A DNA stretch of 64,000 nt, taken from positions 242,763 through 306,762 of the forward strand of contig JAEPMI010000011.1 of NCBI GenBank assembly GCA_017644045.1. The letters are read 5' to 3'. The translations under genes were made by a program, and so were the position numbers. Numbering within the stretch: the stretch's first letter is position 1; each line of letters begins with the position of its first letter. Below are positions 60,450-64,000 of the stretch, one piece after another. A model generated the notes under the pieces. It saw nothing but the letters and a program-made list of their open reading frames with translations, had not been told where the DNA came from and did no database searches. The DNA comes from Deltaproteobacteria bacterium (lineage in GTDB: Bacteria; Myxococcota_A; Polyangia; Polyangiales; Houyiibacteriaceae).

Positions 60450-61676
60450 TCAGAAGAGGCGGGTGACGAGAAAGGTGAGCAGCGCCGCGAGACCGGCGGT
60501 GACGGGCACGGTCGAGACCCAGCTGAACGCGATCTCCCGGACCACTCGCAGATTGATCGCGCCGATGCTCCGCGAGAGCCCGACGCCGACCACGGCGCCC
60601 ACGAGCACCTGCGTGGTGCTGACCGGGAGACCGAGCTCGCTGGCCACGACGATGGTGAGCGCGGCGCCGAGCTCCGCCGCGAAGCCGTGCGCCGCCGTGA
60701 GCTCGGTGATCTCGCGGCCGATGGTCGCCATGACCCGGAAGCCGAAGGTGGCCAGGCCGAGCACGATGCCGACGGCGCCGATCAGCAGGAGGTTCATCGG
60801 GACGGCGACGGACTCCGTCAGGTGCCCGCCGAGCGCCGCGAACACGCCGGCCATGGGACCGACGGCGTTGGCGACGTCGTTGCTGCCATGGGCGAGCGCG
60901 ATGAAGCACGCGGTCACGATCTGGAGCCGGATGAAGAGCCGGTCCGCCGTTCGGTGCCGACCGTCGCGCAGCTCGCGGCCGAGCCAGATGCGCGTCACGA
61001 TTGCGCCCACGACACCGGCGCCGAGGGCGATGGGGAGCGCGACGGTCCAGTCCTGCCCGAGCGAGAGCGGCGGGCGCGGATCGACCAGGAGCGCGAACGA
61101 AGGAACCGCGAGCATCACGAAGACGGCGGCCGGCCCGAGGCCGAGCAGACCGCGCGCGGGCCGCGGGGCCTGGAGCACACGGCGCTGGATCGTCCGAAAG
61201 AGGAGCCACGCGACCAGCCCTCCGAGCACCGGCGAGACCACCCAGCCGATGGCGATGGTGCTGACGAGTGACCACTCGACCGCGTCGGGGCCTCCGACGA
61301 CCAGTCCGAAGCCGAGCACGGAGCCCACGATCGCGTGGGTGGTGCTCACGGGCCAGCCTCGCTGGGTCGCGAAGTGCAGCCACACGGCGGCGCTGATGAG
61401 GCAACAGGTCAGGCCCCCGGCCACGGTGCGCGCGTCGAGCGGCAGCGAGGAGACCTCGACGATCCCATCGGCGATGGTCTCGGTGACCGTCGAGCCGAAG
61501 AAGACCGCCCCGGCCAGCTCGAAGATCGCGGCCGCCACCAGGGCCTGGCGCAGCGTGAGCGCGCCGGAGCCGACCGAGGTGCCCATCGCGTTGGCGACGT
61601 CGTTGGCGCCGATGTTCCACGCCATGTAGAGCGCGCTCACGGCGGCCGCCGCCAACAGTAGGGTGACGAAGTCCAT
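60450..61676 (-). CDS. Inorganic phosphate transporter, PiT family
   Basis: Duplicated GANDVANA / GSNDVANA motifs. Polytopic. Confidence 0.9.
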   Translation of the reverse strand: MDFVTLLLAAAAVSALYMAWNIGANDVANAMGTSVGSGALTLRQALVAAAIFELAGAVFFGSTVTETIADGIVEVSSLPLDARTVAGGLTCCLISAAVWLHFATQRGWPVSTTHAIVGSVLGFGLVVGGPDAVEWSLVSTIAIGWVVSPVLGGLVAWLLFRTIQRRVLQAPRPARGLLGLGPAAVFVMLAVPSFALLVDPRPPLSLGQDWTVALPIALGAGVVGAIVTRIWLGRELRDGRHRTADRLFIRLQIVTACFIALAHGSNDVANAVGPMAGVFAALGGHLTESVAVPMNLLLIGAVGIVLGLATFGFRVMATIGREITELTAAHGFAAELGAALTIVVASELGLPVSTTQVLVGAVVGVGLSRSIGAINLRVVREIAFSWVSTVPVTAGLAALLTFLVTRLF

Positions 61677-61690
61677 CGGACGTCAGCAGG

Positions 61691-62371
61691 TCAGCGTGCG
61701 ACGAAGAGGCGAAACTGGTCGCCCACGTTCTCCGCGTGGTTGGCCATGTCGCCCATCTGCTGCAGGACCTTCGTCCACATGAAGAGGGCGACCGGCGCGA
61801 GCTCGGACTCGGCGCGGAAGAGCGCCTTGGCGCACTGGTCCTGGAGCTTGTCCGCTTCGTGCTCGCGTTCGCTGATGACGGTCACGCGCTCCAGCGCCTC
61901 CGTCGCGGCCCGCCCGCTGAAGCCCGCCTTGACCAGCGTGTCGAGGGTGTCGACCAGCTCTCGGGCCGCCGCGACCGTGTCCATCACGCCGACCACCAGA
62001 TCCCGCAGCCCCTCCCGCATCCCATCCGGAACCGTCAGGGGCCGAAGCGTGAAGAGGACCCCGACGTCCTCCGTGCAGTCCGCGATGGCGTCGACCTCGC
62101 TGACCAGCCGAAGCAGATCGCGGCGATCGACGGGGAGCAGCAGCCGGGTCGGCAGCTCGTCCCGGACCATGTTCTTCACCTCGTCGGCGCGGCCTTCGAG
62201 GATGCTCGTCTCCTTGGCGAGCCGGTCGAGGCCTGCCGAGTCCTCCGCGATCACGGCTTCGACCAGAGGGGGGAGCATGTCGGCGCACGCCTGGACCGCC
62301 ACCATCAGCTCGCCGATGCGCGGGAGCGGGCTCTTCACGAGCAGGTTGGCCAAGGGGATACGCATGGGCAT
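61691..62371 (-). CDS. DUF47 / PhoU-like phosphate-transport regulator
   Basis: Helical ~225-aa protein immediately upstream of PiT. E..AD and D.AD motifs (HEADKL, DAIADCTED). Confidence 0.75.
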   Translation of the reverse strand: MPMRIPLANLLVKSPLPRIGELMVAVQACADMLPPLVEAVIAEDSAGLDRLAKETSILEGRADEVKNMVRDELPTRLLLPVDRRDLLRLVSEVDAIADCTEDVGVLFTLRPLTVPDGMREGLRDLVVGVMDTVAAARELVDTLDTLVKAGFSGRAATEALERVTVISEREHEADKLQDQCAKALFRAESELAPVALFMWTKVLQQMGDMANHAENVGDQFRLFVAR

Positions 62372-62498
62372 TCGAGTCTAGCAGCACGGCGCGAAGGCTG
62401 AACCGTGAATGAGGGCCGAGTCAGGTCCGTGGGGCAGGCGGCGGGGAGTGTCCAGCGGTCGCTTGATCTCCCGGGCGGGGCCGGGGTATGGCGCACTC

Positions 62499-62819
62499 AT
62501 GGCTGACACCGTTCGCGCGTCTCACATCCTCCTCATGTACCAGGGCTCGGCCCGCTCGACCGCCAGCCGGTCGAAGGACGAGGCCCAGACCCAGATCGCT
62601 CAGATCAAGCAGCAGCTGGACGGCGGCGCCGACTTCGCCGACCTCGCTCGCCAGCACTCCGACTGCCCGAGCGGGCAGAAGGGCGGCGACCTGGGTGAGT
62701 TCGGCAAGGGCCAGATGGTCAAGGCCTTCGAGGACACCACCTACGCCCTGCAGCCCGGTCAGACGAGCGACGTCATCGAGACCGACTTCGGCTACCACAT
62801 CATTCATCGGACGGGCTGA
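62499..62819 (+). CDS. Parvulin-type peptidyl-prolyl cis-trans isomerase
   Basis: ASHILL...FADLARQHSDCPSGQKGGDLGEFGKGQMVKAFE...TDFGYHIIHR. Start trimmed to ATG 62499. Confidence 0.85.
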   Translation: MADTVRASHILLMYQGSARSTASRSKDEAQTQIAQIKQQLDGGADFADLARQHSDCPSGQKGGDLGEFGKGQMVKAFEDTTYALQPGQTSDVIETDFGYHIIHRTG

Positions 62820-63717
62820 CCCAGTCGCCGGCGGCCCATCGTTCGTCGAAGGTCGCTCGGTCGAAGCTCACGGTCAGGGATGCGGCGCGCTCGAGGATCG
62901 CGCGACGCCGAGCCTCGTCTCGGAGGTGCGCCGCCAGGTCCGGCGCGAACGCGTGCACCTGGGGCGCGGGGTCGTGCTCGAAGGGCTGCCCAGCCTCGTC
63001 GGTGACCAGCTCCCACTCGAGCGACCAGGCAGCCTGGCTGAGGCTCAGCTCCTCGCGGCCCAGTAGCGCGTCGACGAGCGCGCGATGGCGCGCCGCCGGC
63101 TCCCGCTCCACGAAGCTCAGCTCGCGGCTGTAGATCACCGCGTTGTGGAAGTGGTCCGCCACTCCCGCGAGACCGTCGAGCTCGAGTCGCTCGGTGACCC
63201 GGTAGAGGACCTCGAGGATCTGCTCGCCCATCCCGAGACCCGGGGCGTCCTGGCCGGGGAGCCGGGGGCGGCTCTCGCTGAAGGGCCGCGCCGGATCGCG
63301 CATGGTCAGCCAGTCGAGCGTCAGCACCTCGTGCTCGCGCTCGATGGGGGAGTCCGGCCCCGGGACGAGTCGGTCGCGCCGAACCACCATCTCGATGAGG
63401 AGCTGCGGCCCTTCGAGGCCCGGGGTCGTTCCCTCGACGCGCAAGACGTGCCGGGAGTCGTCCGCATCGGTCTCCAGGGTGATGTCGCCGTAGCCCCGCT
63501 CTTCCAGCGAGCGCTCGAGCCCGTACTTGCGGAAGCCGAGGCGGAGGCCGTCGGACCCGTAGAAGTCCAGGAAGCGCCGCGGTCCGCGTCGCTCGTCCGG
63601 GCCGCCCGAGAGGCCGAGGTCCTCGGGCATGAAGGAGTCGTCCATCGACTGCGCCATCAGCTCGACGGTGCCGAGCTTCCGGGCGATGCGCCGATAGTCT
63701 CGCGCGAAGCGGGTCAT
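62800..63717 (-). CDS. Hypothetical protein (305 aa)
   Basis: Long ORF with coding-like composition and no nameable motif. Its 3' end overlaps the parvulin gene by 20 nt. Confidence 0.5.
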   Translation of the reverse strand: MTRFARDYRRIARKLGTVELMAQSMDDSFMPEDLGLSGGPDERRGPRRFLDFYGSDGLRLGFRKYGLERSLEERGYGDITLETDADDSRHVLRVEGTTPGLEGPQLLIEMVVRRDRLVPGPDSPIEREHEVLTLDWLTMRDPARPFSESRPRLPGQDAPGLGMGEQILEVLYRVTERLELDGLAGVADHFHNAVIYSRELSFVEREPAARHRALVDALLGREELSLSQAAWSLEWELVTDEAGQPFEHDPAPQVHAFAPDLAAHLRDEARRRAILERAASLTVSFDRATFDERWAAGDWVSPSDE

Positions 63718-63753
63718 CCCAGGTCGAGTCTAGGCTCCACGGCGATGGTCACG

Positions 63754-64000
63754 CTACGCCCCTCGCTTCGGGAGGGGGGCGAGGGTCGTGGCCAGGTCGA
63801 GGCATCGGGCTCGCCGCTTCTTCCCGCTCGCCGTGCGCGGCAGCGCGTCCACCACGTACACCTCGCGCACACGGCGGTGCGGCGCGAGGGACTCGTTGGT
63901 GCTCGCGATCGCCGCGGCGACGTCGTCCGTGCCGGCCACGACGAGCGCGCTCACGCGCTGACCCCACTCGGGATCGGGCGAGCCGAAGACGGCGGCCTCG
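63754..64000 (-). CDS. AMP-dependent synthetase/ligase (acyl-CoA synthetase-like); C-terminal end only, gene runs off the right edge
   Basis: The reading frame is open to the window edge. ...VYVVDALPRTASGKKRR... is the conserved C-terminal lysine motif region. Confidence 0.6.
   Translation of the reverse strand, partial: EAAVFGSPDPEWGQRVSALVVAGTDDVAAAIASTNESLAPHRRVREVYVVDALPRTASGKKRRARCLDLATTLAPLPKRGA

Overview
The window is very GC-rich (about 70% by eye) and looks like bacterial chromosome from a myxobacterium. That assignment is an inference from content: four eukaryotic-like Ser/Thr kinases, two sigma-54 enhancer-binding proteins, a Myxococcus-type Cys-rich repeat lipoprotein, and long antisense shadow ORFs over almost every gene. 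I support about 55 CDSs. I recognised no rRNA, tRNA, CRISPR array, transposase or integrase. Housekeeping and known families: TRAP permease pair, AI-2E transporter, menB, NhaC-type antiporter, lon, GuaB1-type IMPDH-family protein, rlmL, recQ, ABC-F ATPase, PiT plus DUF47, parvulin, NUDIX, YjbQ and an ECF sigma factor. Features worth a second look: (1) Five arrays of a CCGAC-core 6/7-nt tandem repeat total about 1.2 kb, all at gene 3' ends, and one lies inside a CDS. (2) Two same-orientation arrays bracket a cassette with an inverted pair of Avd-like / 23S-IVS-type four-helix-bundle genes, with no reverse transcriptase or rRNA nearby. (3) A translationally coupled operon encodes kinase-STAND-TPR, then mini-lipoxygenase, then FAD oxidase, with a divergent P450. 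(4) Two paralogous ExbB-ExbD-ExbD triads sit head-to-head with no TonB or TolA. (5) A four-gene coupled signalling operon encodes a lipoprotein-TPR kinase-like sensor, an atypical receiver, a small protein, and a sigma-54 activator whose receiver carries a Cys cluster. (6) A radical-SAM enzyme with a SPASM-like C-terminus precedes a lipoprotein with 15 Cys-rich repeats and diverges from a CDP-alcohol phosphatidyltransferase. (7) A RelA/SpoT-like nucleotidyltransferase follows a small membrane ORF. All functional calls rest on motif reading of the supplied translations. No database search was run.
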